NCBI RefSeq assembly: GCF_000189295.2
Contig: NC_016803.1
Coordinates: 3,030,001 to 3,062,000, forward strand
Source of the DNA: Pseudodesulfovibrio mercurii
GTDB lineage: Bacteria; Desulfobacterota; Desulfovibrionia; Desulfovibrionales; Desulfovibrionaceae
Length of the DNA stretch: 32,000 nt
Reading direction: 5' to 3'
Position numbers and translations under genes: made by a program
In this document: positions 1 through 7,802 of the stretch, in pieces
Position numbering within the stretch: the first letter of the stretch is position 1
Layout: every line of letters starts with the position of its first letter
The notes under the pieces: generated by a model
The model's database searches: none
What the model saw: only the letters and a program-made list of their open reading frames with translations
What the model was told of the DNA's origin: nothing

Positions 1-535
1 CGTCCAGGGACAGGGAAAAGTTCTCCTTCTCCGCCGTGTCGTCCATCTTGTTGAACAATTCCTCACGCTTGGCGTTGAACTTCTTGACGATGCGCTCGTG
101 CTTCTTCTGGAAGGTGTCCTTCTCGAACCGGGCCGGAATCTCCTGGCGGATATGGGCGATGGCCTTGGTCTGGGCCGTCTTGAACTTGCGGCCCCGGCCT
201 GCGGGCAGGGACACGGCGATGGGCTTGTCGCTGTCCTCGAAGTTGTACAGGTAGACCCAGTCCGCCGGGGGCGTGGCCTTGGCCGCGGCCGGTTTCAGGA
301 AGGACTGCACGAAATAGGTGCGCCCCATGTTCGGCTCGCCCGCCACGTACAGGTTGTGCTCGTTGCCCTTGATCTCAAGCGCCAGGGACAGGGCGTGGAT
401 CGCCCTGGGCTGGAGCCTGGAGTATACGTTCCGGGCCGGAACGTCGGCGCTGGTGGCGTAGGGAATGGTGGCCGGGTCCAGGGCCGCCCGCAGTTTGCTG
501 CCGGGCAACCCCTTGGGGAAGGTCTTCTGGGTCAT
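1..535 (-). CDS. Lon-related ATP-dependent protease family protein, N-terminal part (gene continues past the left edge)
   Basis: Absent from the ORF track because it runs off the window. Reverse complement from ATG 535-533 reads MTQKTFPKGLPGSKLRAALDPATIPYATSADVPARNVYSRLQPRAIHALSLALEIKGNEHNLYVAGEPNMGRTYFVQSFLKP... and stays open to position 1. An in-frame stop lies upstream at 587-589. The layout and the P-loop-like GEPNMGRTY resemble the N-terminal AAA-like domain of Lon-like proteases, judged from memory of the family. Confidence 0.6.
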   Translation of the reverse strand, partial: MTQKTFPKGLPGSKLRAALDPATIPYATSADVPARNVYSRLQPRAIHALSLALEIKGNEHNLYVAGEPNMGRTYFVQSFLKPAAAKATPPADWVYLYNFEDSDKPIAVSLPAGRGRKFKTAQTKAIAHIRQEIPARFEKDTFQKKHERIVKKFNAKREELFNKMDDTAEKENFSLSLD

Positions 536-583
536 GGGCTCTCGTTCAGGTTGATTTTGCGCGGCGTTTTCACCGTACCCCCG

Positions 584-612
584 AATCTAAGCCCTTTCCC
601 GCCGCTTGTCAC
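584..612 (-). promoter_or_regulatory. Candidate sigma-70 promoter for the Lon-like gene
   Basis: Minus strand reads GTGACA (607-612), a 17-nt spacer, then TAGATT (584-589), about 45 nt upstream of ATG 535. Hexamer matches only. Confidence 0.3.
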
Positions 613-708
613 CACCCGCGTGGGCGTGGAACCGGGGTGGAGACGCCTTCCCCGGCGGACGGCGCGGCGGCGTCCCCGCGTTGGTCCCGCCGTCCGGCCC
701 CGTGCCCG

Positions 709-739
709 AAAAAAAGGGCGGCCTCGCGTGAGGCCGCCC
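709..739 (-). terminator. Rho-independent terminator ending the 6505-764 operon
   Basis: Perfect 10-bp GC-rich stem GGGCGGCCTC / GAGGCCGCCC (716-725 and 730-739) with a 4-nt loop. On the minus strand a T7 run follows (A-run 709-715 on plus). It lies 25 nt downstream of the stop at 764-766. Confidence 0.85.
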
Positions 740-763
740 CTGGTTTGCCGGTCGAAGGTCCGA

Positions 764-2101
764 TCAGAGGCCGGTGCCCCGGAACAGGACCTTTTGCAGG
801 CCCAGGGACCACTGGCCCTTGGGGTAGCCCTGGCCCACGGCGTAGTGGTCCAGGGCGCGCTTGGTCTGTGGCCCGAACCGCTTGTCGATGGGGCCCTTGT
901 AGATGCCCAGTTCCCTGAGGCGGTTCTGGATCAGCTCCACGTCGTCCGGGAAGACCGGGTTGAGGAAGGCCAGGCCGCGTTCCAGAGGACCCTGGGCCGG
1001 GGCGCTGGCCACGGGGGCCGGGGCCGGGGCCGGTCGGGGCGCGGGCTGCGCCGCCGGGATGGCCTGGGGCGCGGACTGGGCGCGGGGAACGGCCTGCGGG
1101 GCCGGTTGGGGCGCGGTCCGGGCCTGCGGTGCGGGCGCGGTCCGGGCGGAGGCGGGCTCGGCGGTGCGCATGGGATCGATGACGTCGTCCGAGTACCCGG
1201 CCTGGGCCGTGCGCGGGGCCTCCTCAACGACCATGGGCCGTCTGGCGGGCTGCGGCTTGTCCGCGGGCTTGGAGTCCCAGCGGGCGATCTGCACGCGGTC
1301 GCGGTCCTTCTCGGGCATGCCGTTGCCCGGCGTGTAGTAGTAGTTGATGTAGAACCGGTCGCGGGAACTGGTGGGCGAGAACTTGGCCGCGAACATGTGC
1401 ACGCGCCAGCCCTGGAAGTCCATGTACCGCTCCTGGTTCTTGACGGAGTTGTCCGTGGCCCGCTTGGCGGTCCTGCGGTCGGAGACGATGGCCTCGAACT
1501 TGGCGTTCAGGGGCAGCCGGTTGCGCAGGAAGGACATGACCATGTAGTTCCCGGCCGGGGCGTCCGTCTGCGGCGGGGTGTAGGCGTGCTCGCGGGCCAG
1601 CCTGTACAGGGCGTTCCAGTCCGAGAAGACCTCGTAGGGGATGGTGGCGAAGGTCTCCATGGGCACGATGAAGACCTCGACCAGGGCCGTGGGCGGCGAG
1701 GCCGTGGCGGCCGCGCACCGGTTGACCCGGATGGCCGCGCCGTTGACCGTGTAGGTGGCCGCGAATTGCAGGGCCGTGAGGCGGCCGCTGCTGTCCGTGA
1801 GGTTTATCACGCCGGAGACGTCGGCGTCGTAGCGGTTGCCCACGCCGTGGTTGGCGTAGCCCACCAGGACGATCCGGCCCGTCTGGAAGGCGGCGTAGAA
1901 GCCGCTCCCCGCGCCTTCGATGGTGGCCTGGGTGCCGGGATCGAAGGTGATGTTCGCCAGGCCCGGCTGGCCCGTTGCCCGGCAGGCGACGGCGTAGGCC
2001 ACGTCGCGGGCGTCGGACGGCCACTGCTGGTCGGCCGCGGCCGCGGGGACGACCTGGCACAGGAGCAGGAGCAGGGCCGGGATGAGGAGTCTGATGCGCA
2101 T
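764..2101 (-). CDS. Exported protein: unknown N-terminal domain, long Pro/Ala-rich linker, C-terminal peptidoglycan-binding (PG_binding_1-like) domain. Paralog of 2745-3947.
   Basis: 445-aa ORF with ATG 2101 preceded by AAGGA. Signal peptide MRIRLLIPALLLLLCQVVPAAAA. C-terminus LNPVFPDDVELIQNRLRELGIYKGPIDKRFGPQTKRALDHYAVGQGYPKGQW fits the PG_binding_1 pattern. Blocks shared with the 2745-3947 product: EVFIVPMETF vs ETYFIPAEKF, and GWRVHMFAAKFSPTSSRDRFYINYYYT vs GWRILVAGGKFAPGSRRYKFYVGVTYK. Confidence 0.8.
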   Translation of the reverse strand: MRIRLLIPALLLLLCQVVPAAAADQQWPSDARDVAYAVACRATGQPGLANITFDPGTQATIEGAGSGFYAAFQTGRIVLVGYANHGVGNRYDADVSGVINLTDSSGRLTALQFAATYTVNGAAIRVNRCAAATASPPTALVEVFIVPMETFATIPYEVFSDWNALYRLAREHAYTPPQTDAPAGNYMVMSFLRNRLPLNAKFEAIVSDRRTAKRATDNSVKNQERYMDFQGWRVHMFAAKFSPTSSRDRFYINYYYTPGNGMPEKDRDRVQIARWDSKPADKPQPARRPMVVEEAPRTAQAGYSDDVIDPMRTAEPASARTAPAPQARTAPQPAPQAVPRAQSAPQAIPAAQPAPRPAPAPAPVASAPAQGPLERGLAFLNPVFPDDVELIQNRLRELGIYKGPIDKRFGPQTKRALDHYAVGQGYPKGQWSLGLQKVLFRGTGL

Positions 2102-2111
2102 GATGGGGTCC

Positions 2112-2717
2112 TTATTGCATGAAGATGCTTTCGTTGAGCGGTGCGGGGCCGCCGCCTCCGGGGGTGTAGGAGCTCATTTCCGGGATTTCGCTGTCCGGGC
2201 CCTTGAGGTTGGAGCCCATGTTGCCGATGAGCGCCTTCTGGTAGTCCTTCTTGGACTTGTCCAGCTTGTCCTTGGCGTCCCTGGTGAACTCGTACACGCC
2301 GTTGGCGGCCTGGAGGGCCTTGACCGTGGCCAGCAGCTGGGGGTTGCTGGCCAGGACCATCTCGATGATCTTGTCCTGGGTCTGGTCGATGACCAGCTTT
2401 TCGACGAACTCGTATTCCGGGGTGTTGTACCACGGGGTGTCGTTCTTGCCGGGTTTCTGGGTCGGCCGGCCTTCCGGGGTGTAGTAGCCGCCCCAGGTAC
2501 CGGGGGCGGGCTCCACGTATTCGCCTTCGATGCCGGTCTCGTAGGGTGTGGAGTCGATCCAGTCGGGGAGGTCCTGGCCCGTGGGGCCGCCGGTGGTGCT
2601 CTTTCCGACGTCGCCGCCTCCGCCGTAGGCGAAGGCCAGGGCGGGCAGGAACAGGCAGAGCAGGGCGGCCGCAAGGCCGAGACGCAGGTGTTTCGAGCGG
2701 GGATTGCCGTGTGACAC
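2112..2717 (-). CDS. Small secreted protein of unknown function with mature N-terminus YGGGGDVG (copy 2)
   Basis: 201-aa ORF with a GTG start at 2717, 7 nt after a perfect AAGGAG. Signal peptide ...LLCLFLPALAFA, then YGGGGDVGKSTTGG. Stop is 10 nt before the next gene's ATG. I recognise no known family. Confidence 0.75.
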   Translation of the reverse strand: MSHGNPRSKHLRLGLAAALLCLFLPALAFAYGGGGDVGKSTTGGPTGQDLPDWIDSTPYETGIEGEYVEPAPGTWGGYYTPEGRPTQKPGKNDTPWYNTPEYEFVEKLVIDQTQDKIIEMVLASNPQLLATVKALQAANGVYEFTRDAKDKLDKSKKDYQKALIGNMGSNLKGPDSEIPEMSSYTPGGGGPAPLNESIFMQ

Positions 2718-2744
2718 GAGGGTTCTCCTTTCCTGTGCGGGCGG

Positions 2745-3947
2745 CTATTGGCCGGTGCCCTTGAACAGCTCCTTCTGCACGCCCAGGGACCACTGCCCCT
2801 TGGGCAGGCCGTGCTGCTCGTTGAAGGTGTCCAGCGCCTTGCGGGTCAGGGGGCCGAAGTCGCGGTCGATCTTGTAGTTGTACAGCTTGAGTTCGTGCAG
2901 CCGGATCTGGATGACCTCCACGTCCTCCGGGAAGACCGGATTGAGGAAGCGCGCACCCGAGGCCAGGGGGCCTTCGGCGGCCTGCGCGGCGGGTTCGGCG
3001 GTCGTGGGTCCGGCGGCCGCCGTGGCCGGTTCGGCCTCATAGGGGCGCTTGACGTTGTGGAACTCGCCGACCACGACCTCGGGCAGGTAGGAACCGGTCT
3101 CCTGCTTGTAGGTCACGCCCACGTAGAACTTGTAGCGCCGGGAGCCGGGGGCGAACTTGCCGCCCGCCACCAGGATGCGCCAGCCGGAGTCGTTGATGGA
3201 CACGCCCTCGGCGAGCCGCTTGCCCGCGCCGTAGGGCCGGTCCGTGACCTTCATGGACAGGGTTGCCTCCTCGTAGATGCGGTCCTTGCAGAAGGTCAGG
3301 ATGTAGTAGTCGCCGGTCAGGCCTGCGGAGCTCTCGCCCTCGCCGTAGGTCATGGGTTCGGCGTTCTCGATGGCGAAGAGGTAGTAGTCCGTGTAGGAGA
3401 GCAGGGTGGACGCGGCCGCCTTGAACTTTTCCGCGGGGATGAAGTAGGTCTCCACCCTGGGGAAGTCGGGCGGGATGCCCGCGACCACGGACTTGGTGAT
3501 GTTGATGGTCCGCTGGCTGACCACGTACTGGGCGCAGAAGTACACGCCCGCGCGGCGGTTGATCATGTCCTTGAAAAGGATCAGCCCTTCGAGCATGGCC
3601 TGGACCTTGCCGGGCGCGAGTTCGGCGGTGATGTAGCCGGTCACGGCCACGTTCTTGACGTCGAAGCCGTCGTAGTTGAAGTCGAGTTCGCCCACGGAGT
3701 GCTGCCCGTCGGGGTCCAGGGTGACGTTCTCGACGCTGATGTGTCCGCCGCGCAGCCGTTCGATGAGGGCGGCGGAGACGAGCTTAATGTCGTCGAGTTT
3801 CTGTTCCGGGGCCGGGGGGATGACCTGGGGCGCGGGCACGTCCTTGGGCGGGGGCGGGGTCAGGGTCGCGGTCCCCGTGGGCGTGTCGCATCCGGCCAGG
3901 GCCAGGCTGCACAGCAGCGCGAGCAGGAATAAGCTGTATTTGCGCAT
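2745..3947 (-). CDS. Lipoprotein: unknown N-terminal domain, short Ala/Pro linker, C-terminal peptidoglycan-binding (PG_binding_1-like) domain
   Basis: 400-aa ORF. Lipobox in MRKYSLFLLALLCSLALAGCDT. C-terminus LNPVFPEDVEVIQIRLHELKLYNYKIDRDFGPLTRKALDTFNEQHGLPKGQW. Full-length paralog of the 764-2101 product. Confidence 0.8.
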   Translation of the reverse strand: MRKYSLFLLALLCSLALAGCDTPTGTATLTPPPPKDVPAPQVIPPAPEQKLDDIKLVSAALIERLRGGHISVENVTLDPDGQHSVGELDFNYDGFDVKNVAVTGYITAELAPGKVQAMLEGLILFKDMINRRAGVYFCAQYVVSQRTINITKSVVAGIPPDFPRVETYFIPAEKFKAAASTLLSYTDYYLFAIENAEPMTYGEGESSAGLTGDYYILTFCKDRIYEEATLSMKVTDRPYGAGKRLAEGVSINDSGWRILVAGGKFAPGSRRYKFYVGVTYKQETGSYLPEVVVGEFHNVKRPYEAEPATAAAGPTTAEPAAQAAEGPLASGARFLNPVFPEDVEVIQIRLHELKLYNYKIDRDFGPLTRKALDTFNEQHGLPKGQWSLGVQKELFKGTGQ

Positions 3948-3990
3948 GGATTATCGCCTTTGGTTGCTGGTTCGGTTCCGGGCCTCGAGC

Positions 3991-4827
3991 CTAGAGCTGG
4001 GGCGTGCCGCCCGCGATGGGCGTGGCGGGTGCGGACGACATGGGGTCGAACGACGGGTCCTGGACGTAGTTGGGCTGCTGGGCCATGTTCGGCGCGCCGA
4101 CGTAGTCCGCCAGTGTCTCCATGGCCTTGCCGATGCCCTTTTCCGTGGCGTAATCCGCAGTTTTCTTGATGCCGAACCGGGCAAAGGCCCGCTTGACCAG
4201 GGCCACCGCCCGGGTCTTGACCTGCTGGCTGACCGTGCTGCGGGCCACGTTGATGCCCGCCCTGGCCGTGTTGAAGGCCTGGTCCGCGTTCAGGGGCGAG
4301 AATCGGCCGACCAGGGTCGAGGCCCCGGCGCTGATGACCACGCCCTTGACGATGTCCTTGGTCCCCAGACCGTCGCGGTAGGCGTTGGCCCCGCCGCGCG
4401 CGGCACTCAGGGTGGCTGCCGTGACCCAGCCCACGCCGGGTACGAAGGACAGACCCTCCTGGGTGATCTCGCCCATCTTGTCCAGGACCTCCAGGGTCTT
4501 GACGCAGGCGTCGAGCATGGCGGCCTCGTTGTTGGCCGCGGCCGAGTTGTGTTCCAGGAAGACCTGGCGGATGGTCAGCAGGTCGCGCTTGGTGATGGTC
4601 GAGCCGGAGAAGGCCTGGACCAGGGTGTCGCGCTGCTGGGCCGAGGTGGAGCTGAAGATCTCCTGCAGCTCGGATTGGGTCCAGGGTTCGATGTTGGTGG
4701 AGGAGGAGGGCGGGCCTCCGACGTCGCCCCCGCCCCCGTAGGCCGAGGCCAGGGCCGGGATCAGCAGCAGGCCGAGCCCGAGCAGGCAGGCCAGTAATGC
4801 GCACAGTCCTCTAGTTTTGCATACCAT
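3991..4827 (-). CDS. Secreted protein of unknown function with mature N-terminus YGGGGDVG (copy 1)
   Basis: The ORF track gives 3991-4986. I place the start at ATG 4827 (MVCKTRGLCALLACLLGLGLLLIPALASA / YGGGGDVGGPPSS) because AAGGAG lies 6 nt upstream and the upstream extension overlaps the preceding gene's 3' end. 278 aa. Confidence 0.75.
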   Translation of the reverse strand: MVCKTRGLCALLACLLGLGLLLIPALASAYGGGGDVGGPPSSSTNIEPWTQSELQEIFSSTSAQQRDTLVQAFSGSTITKRDLLTIRQVFLEHNSAAANNEAAMLDACVKTLEVLDKMGEITQEGLSFVPGVGWVTAATLSAARGGANAYRDGLGTKDIVKGVVISAGASTLVGRFSPLNADQAFNTARAGINVARSTVSQQVKTRAVALVKRAFARFGIKKTADYATEKGIGKAMETLADYVGAPNMAQQPNYVQDPSFDPMSSAPATPIAGGTPQL

Positions 4828-4861
4828 GTTGTTCTCCTTGAATAAAAATGAAATATTTCCC

Positions 4862-6505
4862 CTATCTGCCGTCCGTGGCCATGGACTCGCCCAAGGCCCC
4901 CTCCGGGTCCGCGAGCTCCATGGATCGTTGCCTGTGTCTGGCATGGTCCGGGATGAACTCCGGGACCATGGCGGCCAGTTCCGCATGGCTGAAGCGGAAG
5001 AGCCGCAGGGGCGGACTGGACCGCCCGTCGTCGTCGATGTGGGTCAGGAAAATTTCGGTGAAGGGGGAGTTCCCCTTGGAGGCGAAGGCCAGCCAGCGCG
5101 AGTTGGGCGACCATGTGTGCCAGGAGTTCATCAGCTTCGTGTTGGCCGCGAGCACGTGCGCCTCGCCGCCTTCGGCCGGGACGATGGCCAGCCGGGCGTC
5201 GGGCTGGAGGACCAGGCCGGTGGCGCACTGGGTGAAGGCCAGCCAGCGGCCGTCCGGCGAGTACTTGGGAAAGACGTTGCTCAGGCCGTTGTTCGAAGCC
5301 CCCTCGATGGGCCGCGCCTCACCGCCCCGGCCTCCGTCGAAGGGCACGGACCAGAGGTCGAACTGGATGGGATACTTGGCGTTGGCGGTGCGGATGTCCT
5401 GGGCGGGGTCCTCCTTGCGCAGGTCGCCGGCCACGATCCTGGCCACGAGGTCGGGCTGGACGTCGGCCCGGGCGAAGGCCAGCCGGGTGCCGTCCGGGGT
5501 GAAGGACGGGTTGGTCTGCACAAAACGGGTGTCGTCCGCTCCGGGCAGGGGGGCCACCGCGCCGGTCCCGCGGTCGAGGATGGCGATCTGGCCAGTGGCC
5601 GGGTAGAACATCTGGGAGAAATAGAGGTCGTCGAGCATGATGAAGGCCGAGGTCTCGCCCACGGTGGAGGCGGCGAAGCGACCGTCCGGGGACAGGCTGG
5701 TGAACAGCCCCATGCTGTAGGCGGCGGGCTTGGGCGGGACGTAGGCGTTCCAGGAGACCACGTCGCGGTCGGTCAGGGAGACCCGCTCGGTCACGTCCAC
5801 CAGGGCGTAGCCGCCCTTGTCCCCCTTGTAGTCCATGTCCATGCCGTAGGTGGACCCGTCCAGGGAATAGGCGTGGCAGTTGAAGCACACGGGCACGTCC
5901 TGCATGACGATGCGCGGCCTGCCGTACTCCGTGAGGTCGCCGACGACCACCTGGCTGTCGTGGGGATTCTTCTGGGCAGTGCGGAAGGGCAGCCGCTTGC
6001 GCAGGAAGGAGAGCAGCGCGGCCACGGGCTCGTCGCACACGGCGAAGGAGGTCGCGCCGGAGGAGACCAGACGGTCGTCCGGGCCGATGCCCGCGATGCG
6101 GGCCTCGATGGTCCTTTCGCCCGCTGCGGCCCGGATGCGCTCCCACAGGCCGCGCTCGGGGACCCAGTACGGGGCGTCCAGGAGCCCCTTGCACAGGGGC
6201 TCGCCGTCCACGCTCAGGGTGATCAGCCAGGCTTCGGCGGCGGGGTCCTCCCAGCGCAGGATGGGCGAGGCCGCGTCCACCGGGATGAGCGTGCCCGGAG
6301 CGGGTTCCAGGACCTTGACCGGGGTCGGCGCGTCCGCCGGGACGAGCCGTTCCACGGCCTGGGCCAGGGTGGTGCCCTGCGGCAGGGCGATTTCGGCGGC
6401 GCGGAAGAGCGGATAGGCCCCGGCCCGGACGGGCGGCAGGAGCAGGAGGCAGAGCAGGAGGAGAAGGGGGGGAGTCCGTCGGGGGGCTAAGCGGCGCGGC
6501 AACAT
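4862..6505 (-). CDS. Exported TolB-like (PD40/WD40-like beta-propeller repeat) protein carrying one CxxCH motif
   Basis: Start chosen at ATG 6505 (AGGAGAAAGC upstream), giving MLPRRLAPRRTPPLLLLLCLLLLPPVRAGA as signal peptide. Repeated PD40-like motifs: SPDGRFAAS, TPDGTRLAFA, SPDGRWLAFT, SPNSRWLAFAS. CFNCH is encoded at 5873-5887. Confidence 0.75.
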   Translation of the reverse strand: MLPRRLAPRRTPPLLLLLCLLLLPPVRAGAYPLFRAAEIALPQGTTLAQAVERLVPADAPTPVKVLEPAPGTLIPVDAASPILRWEDPAAEAWLITLSVDGEPLCKGLLDAPYWVPERGLWERIRAAAGERTIEARIAGIGPDDRLVSSGATSFAVCDEPVAALLSFLRKRLPFRTAQKNPHDSQVVVGDLTEYGRPRIVMQDVPVCFNCHAYSLDGSTYGMDMDYKGDKGGYALVDVTERVSLTDRDVVSWNAYVPPKPAAYSMGLFTSLSPDGRFAASTVGETSAFIMLDDLYFSQMFYPATGQIAILDRGTGAVAPLPGADDTRFVQTNPSFTPDGTRLAFARADVQPDLVARIVAGDLRKEDPAQDIRTANAKYPIQFDLWSVPFDGGRGGEARPIEGASNNGLSNVFPKYSPDGRWLAFTQCATGLVLQPDARLAIVPAEGGEAHVLAANTKLMNSWHTWSPNSRWLAFASKGNSPFTEIFLTHIDDDGRSSPPLRLFRFSHAELAAMVPEFIPDHARHRQRSMELADPEGALGESMATDGR

Positions 6506-6546
6506 GCTTTCTCCTGCCTGTATCAATATTTACTTGAATAAAGGAT

Positions 6547-6560
6547 ACGTTGGGCAACGT
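6547..6560. promoter_or_regulatory. Palindrome ACGTTG-GG-CAACGT in the AT-rich region upstream of the cassette (candidate operator)
   Basis: Perfect 6-2-6 inverted repeat, 42-55 nt upstream of ATG 6505, inside the only AT-rich stretch of the 6506-6691 spacer. I could not call clean -35/-10 hexamers. Confidence 0.3.
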
Positions 6561-6603
6561 TAATATCCTGAATGAATTTTGGCAAGGAATAAGCGAATGT
6601 CCG

Positions 6604-6619
6604 ATACCCGTTCGGGTAT
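6604..6619. other. Short inverted repeat ATACCCG-TT-CGGGTAT between fliQ and the cassette
   Basis: 7-bp arms seen directly, about 70 nt downstream of the fliQ stop. No T-run follows on the minus strand, so it is not a canonical terminator. Confidence 0.3.
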
Positions 6620-6691
6620 GGACGGCGGTTCGGGGGCCGGAGGCGGGGCGCGGCAGGGCGCCGAGGGGCGCGAACCGGCCCGTGGCGCGGG

Positions 6692-6961
6692 CTAGCGGAT
6701 GTAGTTGGGCAGGTTCAGGAAGAGATTGGTGGTGTACGCGGTCATCTTGTCCATGATCCAGGGGAAGGCCAGGAGCAGGGCCAGGAAGATGGCGATGATC
6801 TTGGGCACCATGGTCAGGGTCATCTCCTGGATCTGGGTGGCGGCCTGGATGATGGAGATGAAGATGCCCACAATCATGCCGATGCCGAGCATGGGCAGGG
6901 AGATGATCAGGGTCATCTCGATGGCCTGTCTGGCGAATCCGACGACGAATTCCGGTGTCAT
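6692..6961 (-). CDS. fliQ: Flagellar type III export apparatus protein FliQ
   Basis: Start set at ATG 6961 (GGAGGG upstream) rather than the ORF-track 7015. 89 aa: MTPEFVVGFARQAIEMTLIISLPMLGIGMIVGIFISIIQAATQIQEMTLTMVPKIIAIFLALLLAFPWIM..., typical FliQ. Confidence 0.93.
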   Translation of the reverse strand: MTPEFVVGFARQAIEMTLIISLPMLGIGMIVGIFISIIQAATQIQEMTLTMVPKIIAIFLALLLAFPWIMDKMTAYTTNLFLNLPNYIR

Positions 6962-7043
6962 TTCAGGCCCTCCTTGCCGGGGCGGTTGAGGTTGCGGGGA
7001 GGTCTTCGGACGCACCGCTCCCCGGGCAACACGGTGCGCGTGG

Positions 7044-7802
7044 TCACTGGAAGGTGTTGACCAGGGAGCCCACCAGCAGGTTCCAGCCGTCGATGAGGAT
7101 GAACAGCAGAATCTTGAACGGCAGCGAGATCATGACCGGCGGCAGCATCATCATGCCCATGGCCAGCAGGATGGAGGCGACCACCATGTCCAGGATGAGG
7201 AACGGGATGTAGATCAGGAAGCCGATGGTGAAGCCTGTCTTGAGCTCGGAGATGGTGTAGGCGGCCACCAGCATGATGGTCGGGACCTCCTCCTTGTTCT
7301 CGGGGCGCGGCTCCTTGGTGATGGAATAGAAGATCGACAGGTCCTTCTCGCGCGTGTGCTTGAACATGAACTGGCGGATGGGGACCTGGGCCCTGGTCAG
7401 GGCCTCGGTGAAATTGATGGTCTCGTTCATGTACGGCTGGAGCGCGGTCTCGTTGATGGTCTTGCCCACCGGGTACATGATGACCATGGTCATGAAGATG
7501 GCCAGGGCGGCCAGGATCTGGTTGGGCGGCATCTGCTGGGTGCCCATGGCCTGGCGGATGAAGTGGAAGACGATGATGATCCGGGTGAAGGACGTCATGG
7601 TCAGCAGGATGGCCGGGGCGATGGACAGGATGGTCAGCAGGAAGAGTATCTCGAGCAGGGTCGAGACCTCCTGGGGATCGGCCTGTCCGGCGGCCAGCTC
7701 CATGGACAGCTTGGGAATGACCGGGGCCTGGGCCCAGGCCAGGGCCGGGAGGAGCACGGCGGCCAGGACCGTCAGCAGGACGACGAACCGTTTGCTAGTC
7801 AC
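7044..7802 (-). CDS. fliP: Flagellar type III export apparatus protein FliP
   Basis: 252 aa with a GTG start overlapping the fliO stop by 8 nt. Signal peptide, then a conserved FliP core: LTILSIAPAILLTMTSFTRIIIVFHFIRQAMGTQQMPPNQIL... Confidence 0.95.
   Translation of the reverse strand: MTSKRFVVLLTVLAAVLLPALAWAQAPVIPKLSMELAAGQADPQEVSTLLEILFLLTILSIAPAILLTMTSFTRIIIVFHFIRQAMGTQQMPPNQILAALAIFMTMVIMYPVGKTINETALQPYMNETINFTEALTRAQVPIRQFMFKHTREKDLSIFYSITKEPRPENKEEVPTIMLVAAYTISELKTGFTIGFLIYIPFLILDMVVASILLAMGMMMLPPVMISLPFKILLFILIDGWNLLVGSLVNTFQ

Noticed and set aside
98-2122. 674-aa plus-strand ORF, and the nested ORFs at 637-918, 903-1337, 931-1227 and 1224-2060
   Set aside because: It is antisense to the Lon-like gene and to the 764-2101 gene. 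The translation is dominated by G/R/A/P/V/L runs typical of off-frame reading of high-GC DNA. It has no RBS or recognisable domain, while the minus-strand frames give signal peptides and a PG-binding domain.
6580-6594. Sigma-54-like TGGCAAGGAATAAGC with correct GG-N10-GC spacing
   Set aside because: It is on the plus strand, pointing into the antisense of fliQ with no plus-strand gene downstream, and the -12 element is AAGC rather than TTGC. The minus-strand candidate (GGATATTAACGTTGC) has GG-N11-GC spacing, one nt too long for sigma-54.
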